DNA of 64,000 nucleotides from Protoeuglena noctilucae. Lineage: Eukaryota. A program made the position numbers and the translations under genes. Below are positions 1 through 14,440 of this stretch, piece after piece. The stretch covers positions 806,001 to 870,000 of the forward strand of contig OY253670.1 of the NCBI GenBank assembly GCA_958009085.1, in the 5' to 3' direction. The notes beneath the pieces are model-generated. The model worked only from the letters and a program-made list of their open reading frames with translations, had not been told where the DNA came from and ran no database searches. Every line of letters starts with the position of its first letter. Within the stretch, counting starts at the first letter, position 1.

Positions 1-789
1 TTGGAGCAAGTCGACGCTGAGGGCGGCGAGGCAGCTGTGGTGGACGACGGGGCGGGTGGGGCTGGTGAAGGGGGCCGTGCTGTGGATGCGGAGGTACGGG
101 CGGAGGCGGAGATGTCGGGGAACGTTGGCGAGGAGCCACCGGCGTGGTCCAGGGCTGTCGAAGCTGACGGCGATCGGTGGGCGGTTGCAGAGACGGGGGC
201 GAGCGTTGGTGACGCAGCGTGGGCCCCATCGACGCTCCGTGAGACGGCCTCCCGCGAGGGCGGCGTCAATGCGCGCCAAGGCGACGCCCAGGTGGCACCG
301 TTCTCGGGCGAGGTGCCTGCCGAGAGCGACGCGGGGGTTGTGGAAGGCAGAAGGGCGACGGTGGGGGTGGATCACGTGTCTGGGGCAGGCGCAGCCATGC
401 CCGGCGACGCACGGGGCCCTACTAAGCCGACGGCCGAGTCGAGGGCCGAGCGCACGCCCGTCTACGAGCCGGTGGTGCTGTGCGAGCGGAGCGAGTCGAT
501 GGATATGCCCTCGAGCCGGCGGGTGCCAGCAGGGCCTGTCCCGTGCCCCAGTGAGGGTGCCAGCGGTGGCGAGCGGGGCTACAGCGACGCCGGGGTGCTC
601 GCGGTCGGCGCTCCGCCGGGAATCGAACCGGAAGAAGAGCACTTTTGGGCGGGGTTCGCGTCGGGGGCGGTGGCGGTGGTGACTGCTGTGGTGGTGACGA
701 GCGCGTTGGGGCTGCCGGGGTCGCCCTTAGCATTGCTGCGGGGCGCGGTGACGTGGTGGAGGCACCACGGGGTGCTCATGTTGGCCTAG
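1..789 (+). CDS. 3' part of an unknown protein, low-complexity with a C-terminal hydrophobic helix; runs off the window start
   Basis: Open frame 1-789 ending in TAG. Acidic, Ala/Gly-rich sequence followed by the hydrophobic stretch FWAGFASGAVAVVTAVVVTSALGL. No family motif recognised. Confidence 0.4.
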   Translation: MEQVDAEGGEAAVVDDGAGGAGEGGRAVDAEVRAEAEMSGNVGEEPPAWSRAVEADGDRWAVAETGASVGDAAWAPSTLRETASREGGVNARQGDAQVAPFSGEVPAESDAGVVEGRRATVGVDHVSGAGAAMPGDARGPTKPTAESRAERTPVYEPVVLCERSESMDMPSSRRVPAGPVPCPSEGASGGERGYSDAGVLAVGAPPGIEPEEEHFWAGFASGAVAVVTAVVVTSALGLPGSPLALLRGAVTWWRHHGVLMLA

Positions 790-1013
790 TAGCCTCGTGA
801 CGCCATGCTGCCAGGCCCTTTTTTGACGAGCTCGCGCGGGGCTCTTCAATGCCCATGCCCTAGCCGCGCGTCCTTGACGCACTCGCTGGCCCACACCAAC
901 ACGCGTCCATTTGCAATCCATCGTCATCCGTCGGATCTGTGTTCCCAACGTTGGGCTCCCTATCTGCGCATGGCCCAGCTGCCTTGGCCCGTACCCGTCT
1001 CGGCCCTGCTGGC

Positions 1014-3519
<2,506 letters not shown>

Positions 3520-4017
3520 TTTGGGCGCGGAGGACCCCGAACAAGGCTGCGAAGCCTGGCGGGGGCCTAGCGCGCCTACCGCGAGCCTGCGAGCCCTCAA
3601 GCGGTTGGATGCCAGGACCGCACGTTGCCGAGGAACGAAGTGGCGGGACGGAGAGTCACTCGACGTTCGAAGGACATGCACTAGGGCTGAAATTTTGAAA
3701 CTCGTGACACTTCATGCCCCAGCGGGGATGCGGCGACAGGAAGCCGCGCATGTCACAGTTGGCGAATGACGACGCGAGGGCGGGCGACATCTGCTTTGAT
3801 ACCAGCTGTGCCAGGTCTGCCAGAGACGTGCCTAGGTTTCAAGTCCTGGCCGGCAGCCAGCAGCAAGCCCGGCGCCGAGGCGGTGTGGGCCGGGATGTCA
3901 CAAGAGGAGGGGCAAACGGAAGAGGCGGCTCGCAATTCCAGCCGCGGGTCGGGCGTCGGGCAAAGTGGCCCGCGCCGAGACGCTGCCTGCTGTGCTGTGC
4001 TCCGTCGCTGCCCTAAC

Positions 4018-6226
4018 CTACTGGCTCGGGCCTGACGTGGGCGGGCCTCCCCCGGGCATCCCGGAAGCGCCCGGAGGCCTCGGCAGCGCCGGCGGCCGCT
4101 CCAGCTCCGCGTATCGCACCACGAGGTCCGTCCGCGTGACCTCCTTCCAAGCCTTGGGGTCGAACAGCACGAACGTGCCCTGCTCCTCTTGCTCCGACGT
4201 TGACGCCGGCTCCGTGCCCGGGGCGCGCTTCAGCCACATCTTGAGCTGCCGGTGGAAGGCCCAACCCCTCGTCGACAGCTCGTCCGCCGCCAGCAGCTGC
4301 GGGGCGAGCAGCGGCCGCGGGGGTCAGCTGACGCGGGCGCAGCGCGATGCAGAGCGGAGGCCGGGCGCCGGGCCAGTAGTGCACAGCGCGGCACGGGCCT
4401 GGTGGTGTGCGCACGTCTGCTCACCTGTGCCTCCTCCCCAGGCATCGAATAGAAGGCGTAAAGGAGCGTCTCCGTGCGAAACTTGTGCATGGAGCCCGGG
4501 AGGAGCTTGGGCGGGGTGTGCTGGTTAAAGCAGGCCGGGGTCACAAAGTCCTGGTCAGGCCGCAGCGGCGCCTCAGCCCATGGCGACGCGAAGGTCATGT
4601 AGAGGTGCTCCTGGGAGTTGAGGTTGAGCCCCAGCGTCGTCAGGTCCGTGCCCAGCGCCTGCGGGGGCCAGGGTCAGCAGAGGGTCAGAGGCGGCAGGTC
4701 CCATGGCGGGCGCAGTGACCACCCCAGGGCTGGCGTGGCCCGCACCAGCGTGGTCAGATCCATGTCGTTCATCTGAATGAGGCTGAGCAGGCCCGTCATG
4801 CCGTATCGGTCCTGCTTGGTCATCTCCGCCTGACGCACGGGCTTGGACATGGCACCCATCTGCGCCTTCAGCTTGTCTGGCGTCGCCCCGGCCGGCATGC
4901 TCCGCGCCGCCATCATGCCCCAGTTGCTCAGCTGATGCATCTCGTCCGCGGGACCCTGCCCCTGCCCCGCGTGGCCCTGCCCCTGGGACTGCACCATCGC
5001 CCCGGCCACAATGTTCGCCGCGCTGCCCGGCTTGGGGCCCTGGGCGATCCTCGCGCCACCCAAGTCTCCCGGCTGAGACGCGCCGCCGCTGCGGGGGGCG
5101 CCGAGGAAGCACATGTGCAGCTCCCAACGACCCAAGCCTCCGCGCTCCGCACACCCGCCACCCCTGCCCTCACCTAGCCGCGCCAATGGACCCCGGTAAC
5201 GCTGGAAAGTCGCTGTCGCTGAACTCGGGCGCCTGGGCCTTGTGCAGCGACTGCATGGCCATGGCCGCGTAGTCCGCCCCGAGGCCCGCCCCGAGGCCCG
5301 CCCCACGGCCCGACTGGGACATGTCCGTCCCAGGCCCCACGCCGCTGCCGTCCAGGCCCAGAGAGGGGAACTCGGACGCGTCGAACTGAGGCCCCGACAC
5401 CGCGAGGCCCGCAAAGCCCCTCCCCAGGCTGCCCGGGGGACCCTGGAGGTGGTTGGGCTGCCCCCCGTTCTTGTGCTGCAGGATGGCCATGAGCTGGTCC
5501 TGCTGCCCGGGACCGCGCACGAAGCCGCCGGACGCTGGGCCCACGAGCGGCCCCATGCGTTGCGCCCCCGGTGCCGCCGGCCCCACGCCCCCCGGCATGG
5601 CCGGCATGCGACCCACCGAGCCGCTGGTGCTGGCGCCGCCCACGCCCGCCCCGAGCGCCCCAGTCATGCGCGCGTCCATAGGCCCCAGCCCAGGCTGCGA
5701 GCCCCCGCGCCCCATCCCCGGCGGGTTGCCCCCCATGGCCCGCCCCGCCCCCGCTGCGCCCAGGGAGGCCCCCGCGCCCCCCAGACCCCCTCCCGACCCC
5801 ATCAGGGGCGCCCACGTGTTGCGGACGGGCTGCGAGCCTCCACCCATGGACGGCTGCATGCCCACCCGCCCCTGCATGGGCTGGCTAGCCCCTGGCGGTC
5901 CCCCCAGGGCGCCCCCTAAACCCAGCAGGTTTGGCCCCGCGCCTCCCGACGTCGGCATGCCGCTGGCCATCGGCGGGCGGCCCCCCGGCATGCCGTACGA
6001 CGACGGCATCTGCTGGAGGCCCTGCGTGGGCGGGGACCGGTGTCAAGGGCGTCGGTGGCAGGGCTGCGGCACTCGTGGCGGCCCAATCTAACCAAGCACC
6101 CTGTCCTATGATCGCATATCTCCCCACCTGCATGTTCCCCTGGACCTGCCCCAAGCTAGCAAACCCCTGGGAGGGGATCCCGCGCAGGACCGAGGGGTCC
6201 AGGGGGTTGCTCGTGTTGTTCAGCAT
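4018..6226 (-). CDS. NOT2: CCR4-NOT complex subunit NOT2 (NOT2/3/5 domain)
   Basis: Gly/Met-rich N-terminus, then DRYGMTGLL, ALGTDLTTLGLNLNS, TFASPW, ETLLYAFYSMP, LAADELSTRGWAFH and FDPKAW, which match the NOT box. Confidence 0.93.
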
Positions 6227-7093
6227 GCAAAAGGGACGACCTGCGGGCGCGGGCGGAGAAGCGAGCTGTCGAAGCGGAGGCGCGGCAGGCCGGGCGGGGG
6301 ACGGCGAGGGGGCGCACGCGGGCCCCGGCGGAGCCCGGTGTGTCGGCGGCCGGAACGGCGCTCTGCTGGGCCCCCGAGCGCGGTGCGGATGCGGGCGGCG
6401 CGCTTGGATGGCTGCCCCGCAGACTGCCGCGCGTGGCCGCAACGCCGGCGCGAGCGGGGGGACGCGATCGCGCCCTGCCCCTCCCATGGCGCGTTTTCAG
6501 TTCCCGCGCCCCTGCCCACGAGTCCCCAGGGCTCCTCCTCGCCCCCGCCAGCGCCAGCGCAGCACCGATGTCAGCCTCGCAGCGCGAATCCGCGAGGAAG
6601 AGCTCCCGTGCCCCCGGCTGCACCTCGCGGTTCAGTCAAAAAGGCCCAGCCACGCGCGAGCCACCTCGCCGTCCGCGCGACGATTCCGAGCTCGATTCCC
6701 GAGGAAACGAGCCCGAGGGCGCGTGCCGCTCCGGCCCCGGTGACGCAGAGAGGGCCCGGGGACTCCCGGGGACTCACCGCCTCGACGGGGACATGTCCCG
6801 CGCCTCCAGCCGCGCGAATGACGAGAGACGGAACCCCGGCGCAACGCTTGCCTGCACGCCGGGCAGCAAAGGCGGGCACCTCCGAGGACCGGCGTGGAAC
6901 CGGGCAACGGTCAATGCCTTCGGGCGTTTGGGAGTTCGGTGGGGCCGCAGCGCGGGGCTTGAGCGGCCGGGGCCCGCTCGTCGACCGCCTGACTGCCGTG
7001 CCAGTAAACAGGCCCTATCGCCTGTCCGCCCCTAGGCCTCGGCGCCGCTCCCCGCGGGCGTCTTCGATTCGTCACACCTAAACCGCTGGGAAA

Positions 7094-8142
7094 ATGGCGG
7101 CGTGCCTGGGCGCTGCCGTCCCCACCGCCCACGCGCGGGCGGGGGCCGCCTCCTGCCGGGTCGCGCGCTTCGGGTTCTCCCAGGCGCTGAGGGGCTCGCA
7201 GCTCGTGGCCTTCGAGCCGTCTACCGCGCACGCGGCCAGGCCGCTCGCCCTCGACGTCTCGGCGCGGGCCGGGGGCCGGGGGCGCTCCGTTCGGGGCCGG
7301 GGCGACCGCCAGGAGAAGCAGGAGGTGATTTTCGCCTGTCGGATTGGGTCTTCGTAACTTTTTCATCGTCAGGAGAAGGCGGCCCGCCGCTCCCCCGCCG
7401 CGGCAGGCCCAAGCCCGCCCAGTCGCCATTTTACTTGCTTTTCGCGGCCCGCCCCGGTGCCGACAGGGCCCGCCACGTGCCCCACGCGTCGCGTCGCGTA
7501 TGTATTTAGCCGCGGGGTCGCACGCGGGGGCCCGCGGGCGCGGGGCGACGGAGCGGGCGTCGCCTGCCCCTGCAGGAGCGGTTCGAGGAGCGCGTGGTGC
7601 AGATTCGGAGGGTCACGAAGGTCGTGAAGGGCGGCAAGCAGCTGTCGTTCCGGGCGGTGGTGGTTGTGGGCAACGAGAAGGGCACGGTGGGGGTCGGCGT
7701 GGCGTCGGCCAAGGAGGTCATCATGGCCGTGCAGGTGAGCGCCGGCGGGCTGGCGGCGCCCCGCCGCAGCGCAGGTCGGGCGCCTCGTGACGCGCTGCCG
7801 CTCCCCGCCGCCGCGCAGAAGGCGGTCGTGGACGCGAAGAACCACCTGGTGACGGTGCCCGTGACGCGGGCGGCGTCCATCCCTCACCGCATCGAGGGCC
7901 GGGCCGGTGCGGCGGCGGTCGTGCTCCGTCCCGCGGCGCCCGGTACGGGTGTGATTGCCGGCGGGTCGGTCCGGGTCGTGCTGGAGCTGGCGGGCATCAA
8001 GAACATCCTCGGGAAGCAGCTGGGGTCGCCGAACCCGCTCAACAACGCCCGGGCCACCATCGACGGCCTCGAGAACCTGAGGACCCTGGCGCAGGTCGCC
8101 GAGGAGAGGGACCTGCCCGTGGAGCGTATCATGAACGTTTAG
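7094..8142 (+). CDS. PRPS5: Plastid 30S ribosomal protein uS5c (3 exons)
   Basis: Ala/Arg/Ser-rich transit peptide, then [43 protein letters not shown] and [15 protein letters not shown]. Confidence 0.95.
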
Positions 8143-8619
8143 GCCGAGGTGAGGCCCTGCACCGGCGAGGGCTGGTTGGGGCTGCTTGCCGGGCTGCCGG
8201 CCGGGCATATGTGGCGTGCTGCGGTGTCACCGCGTCAGGAATCGCGTCTCGCACCCGGTTCCCGCAGACTCGTGTTGTCGGCTTGCACACGTGATCCAGC
8301 GGGGTGCGTGGGACGCGCCCCAGACACGTTAGGGCCTCTCCATGCTCGGGACAGTAGGGACGACCAAGCCTGGCGTTGTCCATTCATTGTCGCAGTTCAC
8401 GGTGCGGGGCTGGGCCAGCGGACGCAGATGATTGTTTCCTTGCGACTGTCTCGTTGCCTCACCACCCCCTTTGTCTCTGGTGCCCGTTTCTCCGCACCGT
8501 TGAACACTACTGCCACTTTCATTCTCGCGCCAGACATCAAACCTACGGCGTGGGCCCGCCGCTCGCCCAACGCATCGACATGGAACCCCGCAGCGCCCGG
8601 CACGCCTCTTAGCTGCTCA

Positions 8620-11600
8620 TCAGAAGAACGTGCTGTTGTCAGCAGTGGCCGCCATCTGGAACTTGCCGGACGAAACCATATCCCGGAGGTCCTGCGCCTC
8701 CGCTCCCGACAGACCCAGCACCGCCTGCAGCTCCTCCTGCCGCTGCTCGTCCTTCTCCCGTGACACGAACGCGCAGAACAGGTCCTTGAGCTCCTCCTGC
8801 TCCTTCCACTGCACCGGGCCCTCCTGCGACGACGGCACCGAAGCGCAGCGTGAGCCCCGCCGACCGCCGGCAGCGGGCGCGGAAGCACGAAGGGGCGCAG
8901 CACCGTCAGCCGGAGCGGCGCACGCACCGGCTCAGCGCGCTCGCACGAGATGAGGTTGTTGAGGGAGCGCACGACCCCGTCCGAGTTGCGCTGGCGGAGG
9001 TCCGACACGGCCTGCACCAGCGTCAGCCGCCGGCGCTCGCGGGCGACCTCGGCGACGATCTTGTCCGTCTTGGCGGCCGGCACCTTGAGCGACTCCGGGA
9101 GGGCCTTGCGCACGCGCTCGGCCTCGTACGCCCCCTCGCCGTTGGTCAGCAGTCGCTCCACCTCCGCCCGGTACAGGTTGAGGCGGGAGTCCTCCCCCAT
9201 GAAGTCCGACACGTCCACGCCGTCGTTGGCCGCCTCGAGGACCTTGTCCAGCGTCAGCTCCCCCGTCTTGCGGAACGTCTCGAGCGTGCTGGCCACGCGC
9301 TTGCTCTGCACCCCCTTGATGACCTTGTCCGCCGCTGCCTCGTCCAGGCCCAGCTCTTCCCGCAGCTGCTCGATCTTCGCGAGGCGGTCCTGGTTCAGGT
9401 CGCCCCCGCCCACGATGCCCTCCACCTGCGGGCGCCGGCACAGGGGCGCGTGAGGCGCGCGGCGGCGGCTGTTGGGCCCCGTTGGAAAAAGAGGGGGAGT
9501 GTGGAAGCTCCCCCTCCCTCGCGAAGGGCCCCCTCAAATCTCCGCAGCTAGAGTGACGGGGAAGGTGCACGGCGTGGCGACCCCTCGTCAAGTTGCACTG
9601 CGTTGCCCAGTCGGCCCGCCAGGGCCCGGCCCTCGGCGCACTCGCCTGCGCCTTGAACGCCTGCTCGGCGAGGTCCTTGTGGATCTCAGCCGCCTGCATC
9701 CGGTCCAGGCCCAGCAGGTCCCCGAGCTGACTCAGGCGCGCGAAGTCCGCCTCGTCGCGCTCCACCGTCATCACGACGCCCATGGGGCCCCGGACGACGT
9801 CCCCGGTCATGCAGTAGATGAGGAAGTTGCGGTAGATGTCTTTGCGGTCACGCTCGTCCAAGTCCTCCTGCAACGTGATCTCCTTCTGCGCGCCCCTCGT
9901 CACGCCGTCCACGCTCTCCCCGCCCGCCCGGGCCTCCTTGGCCTTCTGCGAGAAAAGAGGCACCCTTGGAGACACGTTGCAAGGAAATCTCACATGCCAA
10001 AGGGCAGGCATCGCCTCCAGCACATCCAAGGCGACTAGGCAGAGCAGGCAAGGTGCGGCGCGGCTGCACTCCCGCACCTCCGCCTTCTGCAGGCTCTTGG
10101 GCTGGTCCTCTGCCTCAGTCGCCGCCTCGGCCACCACCTCCGCGTCGGTCGCCTCTGCCGCCTCCGCCCTCCCTTCGGTCTCAGACCCCTCCGCAGCCTC
10201 GCCCTTCGTCCCCGCCTCCTCCCGCGCCGCCATCTCGTCCGCCTTACGCCTCTCCTCCTCCTCCTCCTCCTTGTCGATCTCCTCCAGGGTCTTGCCCTCC
10301 TCTCGCGCCCGCCGCTGCCGCCTCGCGTTCTCCTGCTGCATCTCCCGGACGATCTTCTCCAACTCCGCGTTCGCCCGGGCCTCCTTCTCCGCCGCCTCCC
10401 GGTCCCGCTTCTCCCACTCGGGCCCCTTGGCCGCGTCCAGCAGCGGCGCCAGCACGACATTGCTGAAGAAGACCATCTTCTTGAGTTCCTTGGCCTGGTC
10501 GAGCTTGTTGGCGTGCACGCGAGAGGCCGTCACGAACTTCATCAGCGTGCTGCGCGCCGCCTCCTTGAGCAGCTCGACCGCCAGCTTGTCGGGGACGCGG
10601 AGCCGGTCCTTCACGGCACGCACCATCGCCACCTCGGCATCGCTGCGGGGGCGGGGAAGCCCGGAGCGGCATTAAAGCGGCCGACTGACCGCGAGTGCCC
10701 CAAACGCGACGCAGCTGCGGGCCAGGGGCGGCGCAGGCAGCGTGGACGGCGCCGGTACCGCCGGCCACTCCGCACCTGAAGCCGTCCACTCCGGCGTTGA
10801 ATGCGTCCTGGACGACCCGGAGGAACTCGCGGCCCTTGGTCTCGCGCTCGATCGACTCCACGTACTGATCCTCGATGCAGAAGAGCACGCGGAGCTTGTC
10901 CAGCTCAGCAGCCGTCGCGTCCGAGACAGAGCCAGACTCGACCACCTGCGCGCGGGGGAGCGCATGAGACGGGAGGTCCGAGGGGCGGGCGACACACAGG
11001 GCAGCGACACGGCCGCGGGTCGGCCCCAACAGGTACTCCAAGCACGGCCGTATGCGCCGTCCACCGAAGGCGCACCCCGCCCCGCCCACCTGCTCGACGC
11101 GCTGGCGGTAGATGCCAATCTTGATCTGCAGGGCAGCCTCAGAGTCGAAGTTGACGGCGTCGCAGATGTCCTGCAGCGCCTCGGCCTTGGAGGCGGCCTT
11201 CTCGAGGGCACCCGACACATACGCCTCACGCAGCATGTCCTTGTAAGCATTGGACTTGGTCGTGGTGATCATGTCCTCCGCCTCGCGCGGCGACAGACCC
11301 ATGACGGTCCTCAGCTCCATGGCCTTGGCCTCCTCGGCGTCCGTGAAGCGCGTCGTGCAGCTGGCGTCCACAAAGGTCTGGAAGAGGTCCCGCAGGTCGC
11401 GCATCCGGCCCTCCAACCGGAACACCGAGTCGGTCGCCATCGTGACCTGCGGGGCACCAGGCGCAAGGCCTGTCAGACCCCCATCATCCTCACAACAGCG
11501 CATGCGCAGGGGCCCTGGGTGCACAGCGCCCCACGCACCTCGCGCAGGCTCGGGAAGAGCTCCGGGTCCGCGGCGAAATCGCGGATGCGGCGGTTGTATT

Positions 11601-13336
11601 CGATGACGTAGTCGAGCTGCCTCACGATGCCCGCCACGTCCTTGGTCCGGCCGCGCTGCTTGTTCAGTGACGCCGCCCTCTGCGGGGACAAGCTACCCCG
11701 TCCCCATCACGACAGCCAGACCCCCGCGCAGCAACCCAATGAGACCAGCCACCCCGGCGATTCACCTCGAGCGCCGCCTCCACGGCCTTCCTGGCCTGCA
11801 GGTTGATGACGTCCGCGGCCGCGTCGGGCTCCAGGGACAGGGCGTCGCTCGCCTCGCGCAGGGCCCGGAGCTCGTCGCGCTCCATCCGCAGCTCCCCCGA
11901 AGCGGCCATGCGGTCCACGAAGATCTGGCGCGCGCACTCGCGCCGCGACACGGCGATCTGGGCGTCCGTGACGCCGGGGAAGTACCGCTTCCACGGGAGC
12001 AGGTACGCGGCGCGCACGGCCCCGAAGACCTGCCCGCTGACGTAGATGGCCCGCTGGAACATGCGCTGCTCCCCGACTTGCTGCGTGCGCGACCCCGTCT
12101 CCATCCGCGAGCGCATGGCCATGCGTGCGTAGTCGACAAAGGCGCCCGCTGCGTCCTGCTCCGTGATGCCCAGCTCAGTCATAAAGGCGGAGATCTGCGC
12201 CGCCTCGTCCCCACTGAGCGATTCTTGCGGGCTCGACGGCATCACGTGGCCGATGAAGGCCTGCAGGAGCTGCCGGAGCTCGAGGCCGCACGCCTCCGCC
12301 ACCTTCAGGCCGTACTTGGCCCCGACCGACTCCACCTCCGCCCGCCGCAGCTGGCGGGGGTCCTCCATCGCCGCCAGGATGTCCTGGAGGTCCTTCGCGG
12401 CCGCCACGGGCCGCTTCTCCGCAGCCGTCTTGACCACGAAGGCAGCGCCCGCTGCGCCGACCAGCCCGCCCGCCACCTGGCCCGCTCGCCCCGCAGCCCC
12501 GCCCACCGTGACCCCACCTGCTCGAGAGAAGCGAAGGAGTGCACATGAGCGCCACGGCGGGAAGCACGCGGGGTGAGCGGGGAGGCGGCTTCAGGGCCCG
12601 ACGGGGACGTCCCGCGACAACTCACCTCCCGCAGCGACGGCCACCAGCGCGGCGGCCAGCGCGTATCCCGCCGGCATAGGAACCTTGGAAAGAGCCTGCT
12701 CGAAGCCATCTCGTTCGGGCGCCACGAAGGGGTTCTGCGGACGGGGGGCCGGCGAGGTCAGCAGTCGAGCTGCGCTCCCGAGCGCGCCCCCTCCCCGCAA
12801 TCGCCGCGACGGGACCCAGACCTAGTATGTTTGACAAGAAACCACTATCAACACGAGCGGGGGTTCCAAGCGGGGCCCATGGCCCGGCAAAACCCGATGA
12901 AGGTTGCAGCCCCCTTCAAGGCACGAGAAAGCGTCCCCGCGTCCGTCGGGGGCGCCGCGCTCGCGGAGAGCAGGGCATGAAAACAGTCATCGGGAGAGGA
13001 GGAGAAGGGCCAAGAGAGAGCGGCCAAAAAGCAGCTGTCGGAGCCTCTCCGTCGGGACGGGCTCGGCGCGGGGGCGGGGGCGCGAGCGCGGCGACGGGGA
13101 CCGTCAGTCGACCGAATGAAAGCTGAGGAATCCAGGGAGGATGCGCGAGGCCGCCGGTCCGGGCGCGAGCAAGGGCTGCGGGTCGGCAAGCCGTCTGGAT
13201 TGCGGCACACCTTTCCGGAGGCCGAGGCCGCCACCGTGCGCCGAGCCACCGTCACATATGCGCTCCGGATTGCCTTCCTGGCCCCTAACGCCGCCCCAGC
13301 CATCCCCCTCGGCGGGGCAACCGCTGCCGCGACCAT
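8620..13336 (-). CDS. TIC110: Chloroplast inner-envelope translocon Tic110 (10 exons; the start may instead be Met at 13303)
   Basis: Transit peptide plus two N-terminal hydrophobic helices. Motifs LLPWKRYF..VTDAQIAVSRRE, ELKKMVFFSNVV, DIYRNFLIYCMTGDV, LSQLGDLLGL and LVQAVSDLRQRNSDGVVRSLNNL. Confidence 0.92.
12828..13012. other. Predicted structured element (nested inverted repeats) in Tic110 intron 1
   Basis: TGGCCC 12880-85 pairs with GGGCCA 13007-12, CCCGATGA 12893-900 with TCATCGGG 12987-94, and GCGTCCCC 12931-38 with GGGGGCGC 12948-55. The host intron is about 475 nt. Confidence 0.35.
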
Positions 13337-13471
13337 TACAAGCCTCTTCAGGGCGAGGAGCGAGGCCCGCCGCTTTGTTCAAGACGGTTTGCGGCAGGTG
13401 ATCCGCGGCATCGGCCTAGATATCGGCAGCCGGATCGGGATGCCAGTGTGACGGTTGGTTTCAGGGCGCGG

Positions 13472-14150
13472 CTAGACCGTGAAGAGACCGATGATCATGA
13501 TGAGGACGACCGCGAGAAACGAGTAATTCTGCGGGGGTCGGGAGTTCATCGTGAGGAGTGGGGGCGAGGGTGGGACGGCACGCGCGCTGCTCGCAGCCTG
13601 CGTCTGAGCTGTTCTCACCCAAGCTGCAGCGACGACGGACAGGAATATCACCAGGACCCGGAAGAAGAACCTCAAAAGAGACAGGATCATGATGGCGGCG
13701 AGAAGGAGCACGAGGATGTCTTGAAATGATGGGGGGCCCTCCTTGGCGTCCCTCTCCTCTGGATTCCTCTGCAGACCCGGAATCCGCAGTCTGTAGCCGT
13801 CGCTCTGGCATGAGGTGCACGCTAAACCGTGCCTGTCGCAGCCGACAACTTGCTCTTCATTCCCCAAAGGGCTAACGAAGGGCCTCGGGGGTCCCGTCGA
13901 TCCACAGCGCATCTCTCACCTCCCAAAACTCCTCCCCCGAGACCAGTGCTGCGTCCTTTTCACCGCCAAGCGCTCCCACCGCTCGCCGTGAGCGCGTTCG
14001 CCTCGGCGCCCCGCATCCTGATGGGCAGGACGCCGCCGGCCGCAGAGGGCCTGGCTTCGGAGCCAGCTGACGACGACGCAAACCCACGTGGAACGGGGAG
14101 CGGCTCGTCAAGCGAACCCCCCCCGCAGTGGGCAGCCGACATGGTTGCAT
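13472..14150 (-). CDS. Small, probably plastid-targeted membrane protein of unknown function (3 exons)
   Basis: Arg/Ser/Pro-rich N-terminus (MQPCRLPTAGG...). Two phase-0 GT-AG introns join EEFWE|SDGYRL...ILVLLLAAIMILSLLRFFFRVLVIFLSVVAAAW|NYSFLAVVLIMIIGLFTV*. Confidence 0.6.
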
Positions 14151-14440
14151 GGAGCGCTGTGGGGGTCCAACTCCAAGGCGCGAAAGCGAAGGCGAAGGCT
14201 TGAGCAGCAGATGACGACGTCTGGCATCGCTGCGTCGATATGAAAGCTAAAACTTAGTCTCACTGACTCACAGGGCCCTCCCCACGTTTGGGCTGGCGGG
14301 CAGTACACAGGGACACAAGGGGCGCTGGAGGCCATCAGTCCTTCCCATGCCTTCTGTTCAGCTGCGGCAATAGCATCCGTCTCAGGCCGGCACCCAATAG
14401 CCACGCTTTTCTCCGCTTGACACCGCGTCCTTCTGAACAG

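Noticed and set aside
5914..7086. Telomere/telo-box-like CCTAAACC at about 5915 and just upstream of the uS5c ATG (about 7077)
   Set aside because: Single imperfect units, one inside coding sequence. They are not arrays and not an exact AAACCCTA box.
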